NCBI RefSeq assembly: GCF_030144855.1
Contig: NC_082732.1
Coordinates: 18,414,001-18,478,000, forward strand
Reading direction: 5' to 3'
Source of the DNA: Hypanus sabinus
Taxonomy: Eukaryota
Length of the DNA: 64,000 nucleotides
Positions 1 to 11,914 of this stretch are shown one piece after another; positions within the stretch are counted from its first letter, which is position 1; the number at the start of each line of letters is the position of its first letter. A model generated the notes under the pieces. It was not told the origin of the DNA and did not search any database. It worked only from the letters and a program-made list of their open reading frames with translations. Position numbers and translations under genes: made by a program.

Positions 1-928
1 GAACTGGCATTCGAGAAACCAAATTTATTTCCCACCTAACAGGCCAGTCTTAAAGTGACAATCACCGGGTTTTGACAGGTACACAGCTCAATGTCGGTGG
101 GGTCTTTTTGACTCTTTTGATCCTATTGCTTACCATGTGGTGACTGCCATTTTGTTGAACTATTTCTCTTATTCTTATTAATTCACTGGAGTATTCTCCC
201 ACACCTGCTCTGCTACTGATTAAGTAGTTTAATCCACCATTGATCACCACTGAGAAATTGCCTTTCTCAGCTCGTTCTCTTAAGTGCTGAAGTCCAAGCT
301 CCTCACATCAGGCACTGGACCTCACACCTGAGATCCCACGGCAAACAGCTGTGCACCATTTCAAAAGATGGCATTCCACTTCTCTCAATATGAATGAGAT
401 TAGAGTTCACCTGTTAGAGTGAAACTAAAACAGTTGGGTTCTTTGATCTATCAATGAATCAGAAGGCAGCAGCTTGGCTGTCAACATTAATCAAATTATT
501 TGTCCTCTGAGGGCCATTTGATATGGAATCTCCAGCTCTGACTCCTCAGTCAAAGGCATGATTTCAATTTCTAGCTAGTGTTTGAAGTAGGACAACTAAC
601 AGATGAATCCCTTACGCATTAAATGACCTAAGCATTAAGAGACAACTGTTCTAAAACAAATTTTAAATTGGAAACTGCTTTAAAGCATTGACATGGCATG
701 TAAAAACAGGGCCAACAAACTGATTCTTGGAATTTACATCAGAAATGACTATCCGGTAGATTTCGTAAGACAGTTTTTTGAATTATACTTCTCATATAAT
801 GTAATGAACTTGGCAGTAGTTCTGCGCAAGTAAACATCTTCTGTCTATAAGGTATTCTATGCAAATATGTGAAATAGAACAATAAGAATTCTGGATTGCC
901 TCATTCTGCTTTGGAAGAAGCCCTTACG

Positions 929-1520
929 GTATAGAGCACGAATTTTGCAATTTGCATTTTGTAACTTCAAAACATTAAACTGATTCAAATGAAGGCATGA
1001 GAGTCCAGGAATGCTGGTCTAACTTCGTATTTACCTTAAGCGAGGCACGCACCTATCATGTGGGAGGGTAATAACATATGCAATTCACATATAAGCCATA
1101 ATGAATTATTTAAATGAACAAGAATGCTTAATCAACCAATATATACAAGATTACTCAAACATCACTTAAGTATTAAATATGCAATACTCCTCCACCCTCC
1201 TGCTTAGCTATAAACTTCAACTCAATAGGGAACTCATCTCAACTATATACACAGTATATTATATAATATATAACTACTATGTACAGACATCCACAACATA
1301 GTAAATTTTGAATTGGCCCATTCAGGCCTGAAGATTTTATCACTGTGGAGTATTTCGTACTCTTGTGGGATAATGTCGTTCCTGACCTGGAGGAAGACCC
1401 TCTTTGGTAGGTGAGACTTGTGGCTGTGAAAACTATGTCATGTTCTGGGCCTCCTCCATGGTGGTTGTAGGAGCTGACTCTGACACTGCAGGAAGTGATT
1501 CTGGTGCTGGCAGCCACATT
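929..1520 (-). mobile_element. Gypsy (Mag/K02A2.6-like) 3' end: pol C-terminal tail, polypurine tract and 3' LTR
   Basis: Minus strand gives ESLPAVSESAPTTTMEEA...GQERHYPTRVRNTPQ (typical R-Y-P-x-R-x-R Gypsy pol terminus). This is followed by the purine tract GCAGGAGGGTGGAGGAG (1187-1203) abutting an LTR-like segment of about 929-1186. Confidence 0.75.
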
Positions 1521-2089
1521 TCTTCTTCCTTTGGCTTCTTCTAGTTCGTGAATCTTGATCTTGGGAAGGTGCACTTAGTTTACTGGAGTGTTCTTGTATT
1601 AATCCTCCAATGCTCCCTTTATTATCTGATCTCTCCTCTTGGTTTCCTCATTCACAAAATCATCTGAGAAATCCTTTGCAACACACAAGACTCTTTGTAT
1701 CTCCATTGACACCTTTCTTTTTGGCCTTCCATTCATCCAGCTGGGCTTTGGACTTCGCATCTACTTTTACAAGCAGCTTTTTGACTCACACTTGAAGTTC
1801 ATGCAATAACCTTAATACATGCAGAGTAGATTCTCGTTCTTTATACTCACAAAAGGCAAATGCTTGCAACTTCCCTGAAGCTCCTTGAACTCTCTTCTAG
1901 CTTTAAATCAAGCCCCAATCAACAAGTAACTCCCTGATTAACATATCAGAAGCTTTCTCAGATACACTGCCTATGAAAATTGTTGTAGTCAGACCACAGC
2001 TTTTACCACTTCCATGATTCCTCTGAGCAGCATGGTCCTACCTTGGTCCAATATGCTTTCCAACCAGAGGCACAGAGGTTGGCACCAAT
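1520..2089 (-). pseudogene. RBM25: Processed (intronless) RBM25 pseudogene fragment covering the RRM, embedded in a Gypsy element
   Basis: Manual minus-strand translation from 2088 in one frame: LVPTSVPLVGKHIGPR*DHAAQRNHGSGKSCGLTTTIFIGSVSEKASDMLIRELLVDWGLI*S*KRVQGASGKLQAFAFCEYKERESTLHVLRLLHELQV*VKKLLVKVDAKSKAQLDEWKAKKKGVNG, then after frameshifts NEETKRRDQIIKGALE..LIQEHSSKLSAPSQDQDS. This matches the vertebrate RBM25 N-terminal region as I recall it (TTTVFVGNISEKASDMLIRQLLAKCGLVLSWKRVQGASGKLQAFGFCEYKEPESTLRALRLLH...VKVDAKTKAQLDEWKAKKK). Four in-frame stops, no introns. Confidence 0.93.
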
Positions 2090-2775
2090 CTTCTTCAATG
2101 CGATGGTGTGCTGGGGCAATTGCATCAACACAGATGATACCAACAGGCTCAATAAACTGATTAGAAAGGCTGGCTCTGTGATAGGAGTCATACTGGACAA
2201 ACTGGAGACTGTGGTAGAACAAAGGACCCGCTGAAAAATCCTGGCAGTTCTGGACAATGTTTCTCACACTCTGCATGCCACCTTGGCTGAACAGAGGAGC
2301 ACTTTCAGTAATAGACTAAGACAACTGCACTGCTCCAAAGAGCACTATATGATGTCATTCTAACTCTCCGCCATCAGACTCTATATAATGAGTCAAATTG
2401 TAGCCAGGGAAGTGATGACACCTTCCTGTTAGACTATATTTAACCTCTGTTTAACAGATATCTGTTTAAATTCTTTTTACCTCTGTTTACCACACCCTGC
2501 TATGTGTAATACTGCCTTCACTTCTTACCTAGATGGTGTGAATGTGCACCCAATACTGTATAATATTACAGCAATTCTTGTACTACCATCTTATCAGTGT
2601 GAACTTGGAACTGTTGTAAATCTTGTAATCTTTGACTTGTAAATCTTGTGCTTCTTATTTTTAAGGTAGCATTTCTTTCTTATTTGTCTTCTAATTCTCA
2701 TATATCAGTGCACTTGTCAAGCTACTGTGACACAATAATTTCCTTGGGCATCAATAAAGTATCAATAATCTATCT
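2090..2775 (+). mobile_element. Rex1/Babar-type LINE 3' fragment inserted at the Gypsy/RBM25 junction
   Basis: IFFNAMVCWGNCINTDDTNRLNKLIRKAGSVIG C-terminal motif, 3' UTR, AATAAA and a short ATCT-type tail. Confidence 0.85.
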
Positions 2776-2782
2776 ATTGGGC

Positions 2783-3021
2783 AACGTGTCATCCAGTTGC
2801 TTTTCTTAATTCACTTTCAGTTGTCTTCGTTGCGGGGAATGTGGCATGCAAATATTGGCTAAATGTCCAATCAAATTGTAGTTGTCTCAGCCAATCACAA
2901 TGATGGCCCTCCTGTATTTTTTTTTACCACATACAAGCTCAGTGTGGCTCGTTGGTTGCTGTATTTCACTGTCACGAATGTCATTTCCACAGGAGTTTTC
3001 TTTTCTCTAGGTGGATATCTG
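2783..3021 (-). mobile_element. Gypsy protease / protease-RT linker remnant (same element as 929-1520)
   Basis: Minus strand: EKKTPVEMTFVTVKYSNQRATLSLYVVK..TGGPSL..DWLRQLQFDW, the characteristic end of a Mag-type Gypsy protease. Confidence 0.75.
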
Positions 3022-3842
3022 TTGCCGGAGTCCAGCTGCCAAAAACCCTCTTTTCAAAGGCTCCATCCATCTAGGGTGTATACGACTTCGGTCCTGCCAA
3101 ACCTGTGAAGTCTCACCCTCCCAAATCCTGGCTTGTGTGAATGCTCTGTTATTTACTATCTCCCTGCAATTGCCCTTTGCAAGGAATAACTGATTGTACT
3201 CTGCATGCAATTATAAAGAAAGTATATTTATGAACATTAACTTAACCAGAAAATTATTAAAGAAAAGAAAGAAAAGAGAAGGGCCCATTATAATTAAACA
3301 GTCAAATGTGCACGTAAGTTGGAGCTCATCTTGAAGTTGTCTCTAACTCATACGCTGGCCTCTCGGCCTGCGTGAAAGCACAGACCTTTCAAGTGTCGCT
3401 CAAAATCCATCTCGAGCAAACAGGCTCTACCGCAGGCATATTGGTCCTTCCTCCTTGAAGCCATTCATCTGCACGAAGCACCTTGAGAAACAGGACGGTC
3501 TCCTCAGCCATCTTTCCTCCTGTCTGCCCCCAGCTCCTGTCAAAAAGACCTCAACCACACCAGCATCCCTCAGAAAAACCTCTCTGTCCAGCGCTCTCTA
3601 GAACCTTCTCCCAGTTCAACCATACTGACTGGCTGACACCACATCCCTAAGCTGAACAACAAAGCCCCTTAACCTAGCTGAAACTCAAACAGGCTGAAAG
3701 GAGAACAGACTGCTCTTGTCGAACTGCTAAATTGAAATACCTACAGCTAAAGATCTTTTATAAAGATGTATTTATAAAGATTTTTATAAAGATATTTTAC
3801 CTACAGCTAAAAATACCTAAAGATCTGAACCAGGGCATTACA
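3020..3842 (-). mobile_element. Probable solo LTR (~820 bp)
   Basis: TGT...ACA termini (TGTTGCC / GGCATTACA); truncates the Gypsy protease sequence. No TSD found. Confidence 0.4.
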
Positions 3843-4469
3843 CACACGTATAGTATGAAATCTGTGAAATGTGTGTGATTCACGTGCTAGATTCACATGG
3901 TAATGTAAGCGTGCTTTCTGACTCGTGGGATCGAATGAAAGGAATGATATTTGTCTGCTATCGTCAGCGTTCCAAGAGTCCATTCATTACCCTGGTTCAC
4001 TGGCATAAAACCCCAGAAGAATTCTCCCCCTTTTAATTTTTAATAGCAGTGAGCTTAGTCTCATGAATAAAGAAAACTAATTCAATTAAGGGAATTCTGC
4101 CAAGCACATAAAGTTAAACACTTTGTTATCCAGCCACAGAAGCTCCTGAGATATAATTACAGCCTTTCAAACTTTCCCAGGTAATTGTTATTTTATGTGA
4201 AGTATATATACGATCATTGGAAGATGCTTGTCATGTGTTTAGGGCTAAGTAGACTAAAAGATTTTTGCAAGATATTTAATAGAATATTTGATGAAATGAT
4301 ATGTTTGGTTAAGATAATCAAGAAAGGAACTGTAAACACTGGACTTTCAGCTAAATGACCCAACTCAGATGTCTAGGGTCTGAACTCTGTGGCAATGATG
4401 AGGAGACTGCTCTCCTCTCGAAGTCAGGTAGACTGACTTCTTACCGGAGGTGAAAAGATCGATTATCAT

Positions 4470-4800
4470 TAAACAGATTAGCTTTATTTGCCTCAACTAT
4501 ATCCAAGCATCAAAACCTATGGTGAAGTGCCTTGTTTGCATCAAATCAAACCAGCAATGATTGTGCAGCCTGCAAGTTTTGCCACACTTCCACTGCCAAG
4601 ATAACATGCCCACAACTCACTACCCTGAATCCTAACTGTATGTCTTTGGAATGTGGATGGAAACTGGACTACCCATTGAAAACCCATGTTGTCACAGGGA
4701 GAACATAGAAATTCCTTACAGACAATGGCAGGAGTCAAATCTTGATCTGAGATCATTGGCACTGTAGAGCGACTATGTTAAACACTACACTACCACACTA
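4470..4800 (-). mobile_element. V-SINE (HE1-like tRNA-derived SINE)
   Basis: Reverse complement has a tRNA-like head (GTAGTGTAGTG..) and a V-domain-like core (GTTCTCCCTGTGAC..TGGGTTTTC..CCACATTCCAAAGAC). Confidence 0.65.
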
Positions 4801-5189
4801 CTCCAGTGGAGTGGCCCTTGAGTGGTTTGAATGTGAAATCAGGGGACAAGGGAGGGCCAGGTTCTCTGAGCGAGATCTTTGTGAAGGAGCTGCGTCCTGA
4901 GGATTCAGAGGCACGCCACTTGCCAGGTGCCAAATGTGCTGAAGACCCAACACATTGAGCACGGTGACTATGGAATGGGACTGTGCGACCACTCTTCATG
5001 TCCGTGCTCAGCACGGACAAGACAGCAAGGAGAAGGAATTTTATTTTCCGTGACTCTCGTCTCAAACTATTCTCCCTTCTCTGTTCAGAGTGTGGTTCTT
5101 GCCGACCTCTGAGCCATGCCATTCCCCCACTTACTTCTCTCTCCGATGCCGATCAACTCCCAACCCCCAACTCTTCTGCTGCTTACCTG

Positions 5190-5726
5190 CACTTTGCGGC
5201 CAGTTTATTTGGCACACTTGCACACCTGCTCATTTATGCAAATATCAGCCAATCAGGTGGCAGCAATGCATAAAAACATGCAGACGTGATCAAGAGGTTC
5301 AGTTGTTGTTTGCACCAAATATCAGGTACCGGGAAGAAATGTGATCTAAGCGGCTTTGACCATGGAACCGTGGTTGGCGCCAGACGGAGTGATTTGAGTA
5401 TCTCAGAAACTGCTGATCTCCTCTAGAACAGTGTCTAGAACGATTATGATAAACAAACAATATCCAGAGAGCGTTAGTTCTGTGGGTGAAAATGCCTTGT
5501 TAATGAGACTGATCAGCAGAGAATGGCCAGACTGGTTGAAACTGACAGGAAAGTGACAGTAACTTAAATAGCCCCAAGTTACAACAGTGATGTACAAAAG
5601 AGCACCTCTGAATGCACAACACGTCAAACCTTGAAGTGGATGGGCTACAGGCAAAGACCTTGAGCATACAATCAGTGGTCACTTTATTAGGTACAAGGGG
5701 TCCCTAATAACAGTGCCCACCAGGGG
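5190..5726 (+). mobile_element. Non-autonomous Tc1-family element (N-terminal transposase remnant)
   Basis: GKKCDLSGFDHGTVVGARRSDLSISETADL paired-like HTH start; degenerate TIR of the CACTCAGTGGCCACTTTATTAGG type; terminal TIR hairpin at 5669-5726. Same family as 33393-35214. Confidence 0.8.
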
Positions 5727-6424
5727 TAGTTCATAGCGGCCAATTAAACTACCACCCAGCATGCCCTTGAGATGTGACAGAAACCAGAACACTTGGGAAA
5801 ATGTGTAAGATCCACTCAAGCAGCTTTGACAGCTTGGACTGAACACAGGCTGCCGGAACGATGAGTATGGGGAGCTGGCTGAGATCTAAATGCTATAATG
5901 CTGTACTTGTAAGCAAGCAGCTGCAAGGTTAAATAACAATGCTAGAAGTATCCAACATCTACTTGAAGCACCCTGCCACATACAGTCCAACAGGTTAAAA
6001 TTAGGCTGAGACGTTCTGTAGGTTGGTGATAAAACTGAACTTTTTCAAATAGAGATGTCTTCAAAGAACTGTGACTTTGAGAGATGCTAAAATCTAATTT
6101 AAAAATGCCAAGTATTGCCTGTTGCAATGGAAAGGTCAGCAGTCTGCGAGATTTTCTGCCTCATACCAGTGACGAACCGTATATAGAATTTGGGTGAAAG
6201 AATTCCCGCAGGTGATTACATTTCAAAAATGCTTAATTGATTGCATTGGGATTAACAGAGGTGGTGAAAGTGGCTATGTAAATATGTATTTTTATACAGA
6301 AATGCTCAGTGTGAATGAGCAAAGTTTAAGGGTTTTTCTGCCAGGTTCTTTAATGTCAGTGCTGCAGTTATCATGCAGCTGATATTAAAATTAAGATTAC
6401 AGAAGATCTTCTAAAAGGTGAGAG

Positions 6425-6590
6425 TGATTCAGCATCACAGGTAGCAAAGCTGCTGACTCGCAATACCAGGAGCCTGGCTTCACTGCTGACTACATCTGCT
6501 GTCTATGTGGAGTTTGCAATTGTTCCCTTTGACTGCCTGGGTTTCCTCTCAAAAACCAAACACAAGTAGGTTGATGAATTAATTAGAGAC
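6425..6590 (+). mobile_element. Degenerate V-SINE
   Basis: TGTCTATGTGGAGTTTGCA..GACTGCCTGGGTTTCCTC V-domain motif. Confidence 0.5.
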
Positions 6591-6634
6591 CCAAGAAGCT
6601 GCAAATGCTGGAAGCTGGAGCAAAAAGAAATCAT

Positions 6635-6831
6635 NNNNNNNNNNNNNNNNNNNNNNNNNNNNNNNNNNNNNNNNNNNNNNNNNNNNNNNNNNNNNNNNNN
6701 NNNNNNNNNNNNNNNNNNNNNNNNNNNNNNNNNNNNNNNNNNNNNNNNNNNNNNNNNNNNNNNNNNNNNNNNNNNNNNNNNNNNNNNNNNNNNNNNNNNN
6801 NNNNNNNNNNNNNNNNNNNNNNNNNNNNNNN
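6635..6831. other. Assembly gap (run of N)
   Basis: Contiguous N run; ORFs spanning it are artefacts. Confidence 0.99.
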
Positions 6832-7489
6832 GTCGGAGGATGGTGCTGGAGTTCTGGGTCTTGGGCAGGGTTCGCGAATTGGACTCTGTAGTCCATGTTA
6901 TGATGTGTTTCTGGTTTCTGTTTGTTCTTTTTGTTTTGCTGATATTTAGGGCAATTTTGAATTTGGGCAGCCCAGAGATAAGGAACACTGAGCTGAGCTG
7001 GATATGCTTGGACTCTTCCGATTTTGTGTTTCATATTCTGTGTTTCTCGCCGATTTTCATTTTGTTGCCACTTATGTGATTGGGGAGGGGTTGTTGTTTA
7101 TTTCTTGTACTGATGTCATGGCTGCTGTCAGTACCTCGTAGTATTGTAAGAGAGCTGTGCAAGTGATTTCACTCCATATCCGTAACCAGAATCATTTCCC
7201 ATCTGAAATAATAGAAGTTCTAAGTAAAAATTTATTATCAAAGTACATATATGACACCATATACAACCCTGAGATTAATTCTTATTGTGGGCATACTCAA
7301 CAGATCTACAGAAGAGTAACTATAACAGCGTCCAAGATAGACAACCCAACTAGAAGACTAGCCCACAAAAAAATTGCTGGAAACACTCAGCAGGTGGTGG
7401 CATTTCTAGAAAGAGAAACAGAGTTAACGTAGCAGGTCAAAGGTTGAAGAACCTCATCGGAACTATATGCTCCGTGTCCACTTAACAGT

Positions 7490-8170
7490 GCAGGATTTGC
7501 AGGAAGATTGTTTCCGATGTTGGGGAAGTCCAGAATGAGGGGTCGCAGTTTAAGGATAAAGGGGAAGCCTTTTAGGACCGAGAGGAGGAAAAACTTCTTC
7601 ATAAAGAGAGTGGTGAATATGTGGAATTCTCTGCCACAGGAAACAGTTGAGGCGAGTTATAGACAATAGACAATAGGTGCAGAAGTAGACCATTCGGCCC
7701 CTCGAGTCTGCACCGCCATTCTGAAATCATGGCTGATCATTCACTATCAATACCCAGTCCCTGCCTTGTCCCCATATCCCTTGATTCCCCTATCCATCAG
7801 ATATCTATCCAGCTCCTTCTTGAAAGCATCCAGAGAATTGGCCTCCACCGTCTTCCGAGGCAGTGCATTCCACACCTCCACAACTCTCTGGGAGAAGAAG
7901 CTCTTCCTCAACTCTGTTTTAAATAACTGACCTCTTATTCTCAATCCATGCCCTCTGGTACTGGACTCTCCCAACATCTGGAACATATGTTGATTGGCTA
8001 TATTTAAGAGGGAGTTAGATTTGGCCTTCGTGGCTAAAGGGATCAGGGGGTATGGAGAGAAAGCAGGTACAGGGTTCTGAGTTGGATGATCAGCCGTGAT
8101 CATACTGAATGGCAGTGCAGGCTCGGAGGGCCAAATGGCCTACTCCTGCACCTATTTTCTATGTTTCTAT
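7490..8170 (+). mobile_element. CR1 LINE 3' end interrupted by an oppositely oriented CR1 3' end (~7657-7990, minus)
   Basis: Both carry the CR1 C-terminus (RKSFFSQRVVEVWNALP..FKKELDRY) and the typical 3' UTR with short-repeat tails. Confidence 0.85.
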
Positions 8171-8939
8171 GATTTTATTTTTGGCTATCTTGTTCTAAAC
8201 CACAAATATAATGTTCAAAATGAACAAAATACTTGATATTTTTTGAAGTAGTATTCCCGCCTCACTTTTTCTTGTAATATGCATGGTGGCATCAACCATT
8301 TTCTTCGACCTTCAGGTCTGTACGTTAAGAATGAATATTACCAGTTGATTTCCTATTCAGGACTGTGTGAAGCCGTGGGAAAGCAGCTTAAAGTAGTGCC
8401 ATACTGGACTGGCGTAATGAGGCAAATCTCTTCACTCCTTATCAGTGATGGGTCAGAAACCCCTCTGGGATCAAGACGCTTGATTTCTTTACTTATGCAG
8501 TCTTCATTTCTCAAGAAATTCCCTTGGCATTCATCACGGCTTTCATCCAGTTGCAAAATGAAGTGAATACTTTTATAGTTGGGAAATACAATATTTTAAA
8601 AAGCTTGTGGAATTTCTAGCAAGAAATCAGGGAGGAACCCAGTCCGAACACTGGAAATTAGAACCGTTAAAATTGCCCTTTTGTTATTTTCAACCCGTTC
8701 CCATGTTGTGTGCAGAACTTTATTAGTTATGAAACTCCTTTTGTTCTGCTGCTTATGTACAGAAGCAACTAGCTGTAAAACTACCTCAGCAGTTTTGCAT
8801 AATTTCAGGCAAGATGTGGTAGCCAAGAAGTTGGATCCATTAACGATTGGGATCTAGTGCTACCTGATCTGGGTTAAATCACATGAAAGATTGGATGGTA
8901 CAAGCAATCATTTTCTAGGTGAAATTGTCCCTATAGAGA

Positions 8940-9350
8940 GCTTGTCTTGTGATGATAGGATGAATCAGCTAGGGATTTTCCTCTTTGGAGAGAAGGAGGA
9001 AGAGAGGTGGCTTGATGAGGGTGTGTAAGATGATGAGGTTTAGAAAGAGTGGACAGTCAATGCCTTTGTCCCATGGCAGCAATGGCTAATATAAGAGGAC
9101 ATAATTTTAAAGTGATAGGATGGATGTCAGAGGTAGGTATTTGACACAGAGAGTGGTAAGTGCATGAATTGCATTATCAGAGATAGTGGCAGAGGTAGAT
9201 ACAATAGGGACATTTAAGAGACTTTTATTTAGGGACACAGATGAAAGAAAAATGGGGAGCTATGTGGGAGGGAAGGGTTAAAAAGCCACACAACATAGAG
9301 TCCCGACGGACCCATACTGTGTGCTGTATTGTTCCATGTTCTACATTCTA
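8940..9350 (+). mobile_element. Degenerate CR1 3' end
   Basis: TTTTCCTCTTTGGAGAGAAGGAGGAAGAGAGG..ACACAGAGAGTGGTAAG CR1 motifs and a TGTTCT-type tail. Confidence 0.7.
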
Positions 9351-9354
9351 AGCA

Positions 9355-9720
9355 GGAACTTGACAAGTTCCAGATTTACCACCAGTGCACCACAACGGTC
9401 TCGCATATCATCTACAAAATGCAATGCAGTAACTCAGAGAAAGCATCCCTACCACAACTCTCAAAGCCACAATCTTCCAAGCTGGACAAAAGCGGCAGGT
9501 GCTTGGAACACCATCCTCTACAGGTTCCCCTGCAAGTCACACTCCATACTGAGCGGATATACATTGCTGATCTTTCATTATCATTCAACTGCCTATACTA
9601 TAGCACTGGCGGTGGGGGGGGGGGGGGCAGGGGTTACCTTCACTTGAACGACTGCAATGGTTCAAGAAGGAAGTTCAGGATCCCCTACCCCAGGGAATTC
9701 AGTAATTAATACTGGCCTGC
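9355..9720 (+). mobile_element. Old LINE (CR1/L2 group) 3' end
   Basis: Homologous in reverse to 24830-24950/25745-26400 (ACTGCAATGGTTCAAGAAGG..AATACTGGCC). Confidence 0.5.
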
Positions 9721-9919
9721 TTGGCAGTGACCAAATCTGGAGAAATGAAAACCTTTACAACATCCTCCTCCAAAATGTCTCACTAATCCATTAACCACAC
9801 TAGATAGCAAAGCTGTATTGATCATAAATAGAGTGGAAATGACCCCAACATCTGTAGCATTCAAAGAAGAACATTTTCTTAACCTTCTTAAAGCTAATCT
9901 AAGTCCTTTAGGAATATTG

Positions 9920-10360
9920 TTATTGCAGAAGCAGATGGCAAGGGTTGAATAGCAAGATGGGTATGGTTGAGGATAGATGGCAAGGATCAGGAACAGGAAA
10001 TTGCATTATCTGCTGGAAGGAGCATGATGAGGAGGGAATGTAGGGAATGGATGATGAAGGGGAGAGTGGAGGCGTGGCAGTGAGGATAGGAATGGTTGTG
10101 GTGTTGGAGGGGATTAGTTTTGAAGGTATCATGGGAGTGGTGTAAGTAGTCATCAGGGAGGAGATGGAGTGATGGGAAGTGTCAGAGATGAAGTGACCAC
10201 AATGCATAATGGGGAATGCTGGTGATAAATGGAATGGGGTAGTGAAGCTGTTGGAATGATGTAGGAGTGGTGGTGGTTGGGAGGATGATGGAGGTAGTGT
10301 TGATGGGTCTGATGTTGATGTAGAATGGCAGAAGGGAATGTATATTAAGGGCTGGGGCTG
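9920..10360 (+). repeat. G/A-rich low-complexity tract
   Basis: Strongly C-depleted plus strand with recurrent GGA/GAT/GTG words and no exact period. Confidence 0.6.
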
Positions 10361-11914
10361 ATTATATTGCATTTTCATCCCTATAGTTGCCTATAGAAGT
10401 AATGCTATAAAGGATACTGTGTCAACCAGAAGGCAGTGCATAGTGTAACACAGTGAGTCTCAGTTTCTTCTGCACAAGGAAAAGAAAACAATTTTAAAAA
10501 ATCACGCTGGCCTTCAATTCCATGTCTGAACCAGCGAGCATGTCTGTGTTCCTGCAACAGCTGATGTCCACCCACAGAGGAAATGGGGGAGGCTGCTTTC
10601 GGCAGTCTGTCGTACTGAGAAAGCACGGCTGGAGTCACGTTCTCTCTCACTTCGCCCACAACTTAATTACCCAGCCTTGCATTTGTAAGTGCAGTGGGAC
10701 AGCATGGCAAATGAGTGGAAAACAAAGATAAATTTGCTGTATCGAACCTTATCAGAGTAAAACAGAAAGTTACCCTTCATAACATCAGGAAATGCAAAGA
10801 CAATCGATCAAACTATCTTATAAAGTCTGACTAGTTTAAAGGGCCAGGTCCCTACAAAGATGACAGAAACAGAAGATTCAGATGCAGACAGACTGTGTGA
10901 ACAGCAGGGCCTCTTTAAGGTATTGATCTTCTTTATGTTAGCTGAGGTTTTCAAGCCCTTATGTCCACTCTGTTGGTCTGCTCTGAAGACGCCAGGGGTT
11001 AAAGAGTAATGCAGCAATGAAAGATTAACTTTCAGGACTGCATAGAAACTCCCCGGAGTAGAAAGGAATTTTAAACACAGCAATACTTCTCAATATTGTT
11101 GCCAGAAAAGTATTTAAGATGGGGATGGTGGGGACCGGTGCTTGATGAAGTGCGATTTCATGTTCTCACTGTTCTGGGAATTTGTTCAGAGCAAAGCAGT
11201 CTGGCAAATCTTGGCTAACCTCAGGATCATCCGCACCCAGGCCTATGGAGCTGTTGCACTCTGAACTTTCTGGGGCTTTTGATCCCCAGAACCCCTCAAA
11301 AAAGGCAGCAAAATAAAAACTCCAGATTGGGAACTTCCCAGTGTCCTGTTTCATTTTATTTTAATTGTTTGGGAATTGGAGAGGCTCCATAACAATCCAC
11401 TCTGTGAGAATATTACACAGCCAGTGAAAAAGAGAATTTCAGCACTCTATGTAAAATGGACCTCTCCCATTATCATTATCACTATCATTAATATAGTACT
11501 AAAAAATAGACATTGATGAAAATCTCTATCTTGCTCTAATGCCAATAAAATATTGTCAAATCATCTGTTAAACTGGATGGAGAGTACTACATGTCTTCAG
11601 ATCAAAGGCAAAAAAGCTGATTGTATCAAATCTGTGCCCAGGGCAATAATAGTTTTGTGAGATAGATGAAGGAAGCAAACCTCTGCTTATCTGTTGTTCT
11701 CTAACTCCTTACTACCCTTAACCCTCCCTGAACACTAAACCCACTTATTATAAGTCAACATCAAAACCAGGTTTACTGTTCTAAACTTCCTTGCAGTAGC
11801 ATCACAGGCACAAGAAAACTGAAAAGTAAACATAAATTATACACATTTTTTATACATTTTTTTAAAAGAAATAACCCATTTAAAAACACAGACGTCTATT
11901 TTAGTGCATGGTGA

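Noticed and set aside
4394-4437. Possible C/D-box snoRNA (ATGATGA..CTGA)
   Set aside because: Too short, no terminal stem and no recognisable guide.
6503-7034. Long ORFs of 114-161 aa
   Set aside because: They span the N gap; artefacts.
9920-10378. 152-aa Pro/Ser/Thr/His-rich ORF
   Set aside because: By-product of a low-complexity purine-rich tract.
10561-10684. Possible plus-strand exon (ttcctgcaacag / gtaagt)
   Set aside because: Open frames resemble no protein I recognise and no partner exons were found.
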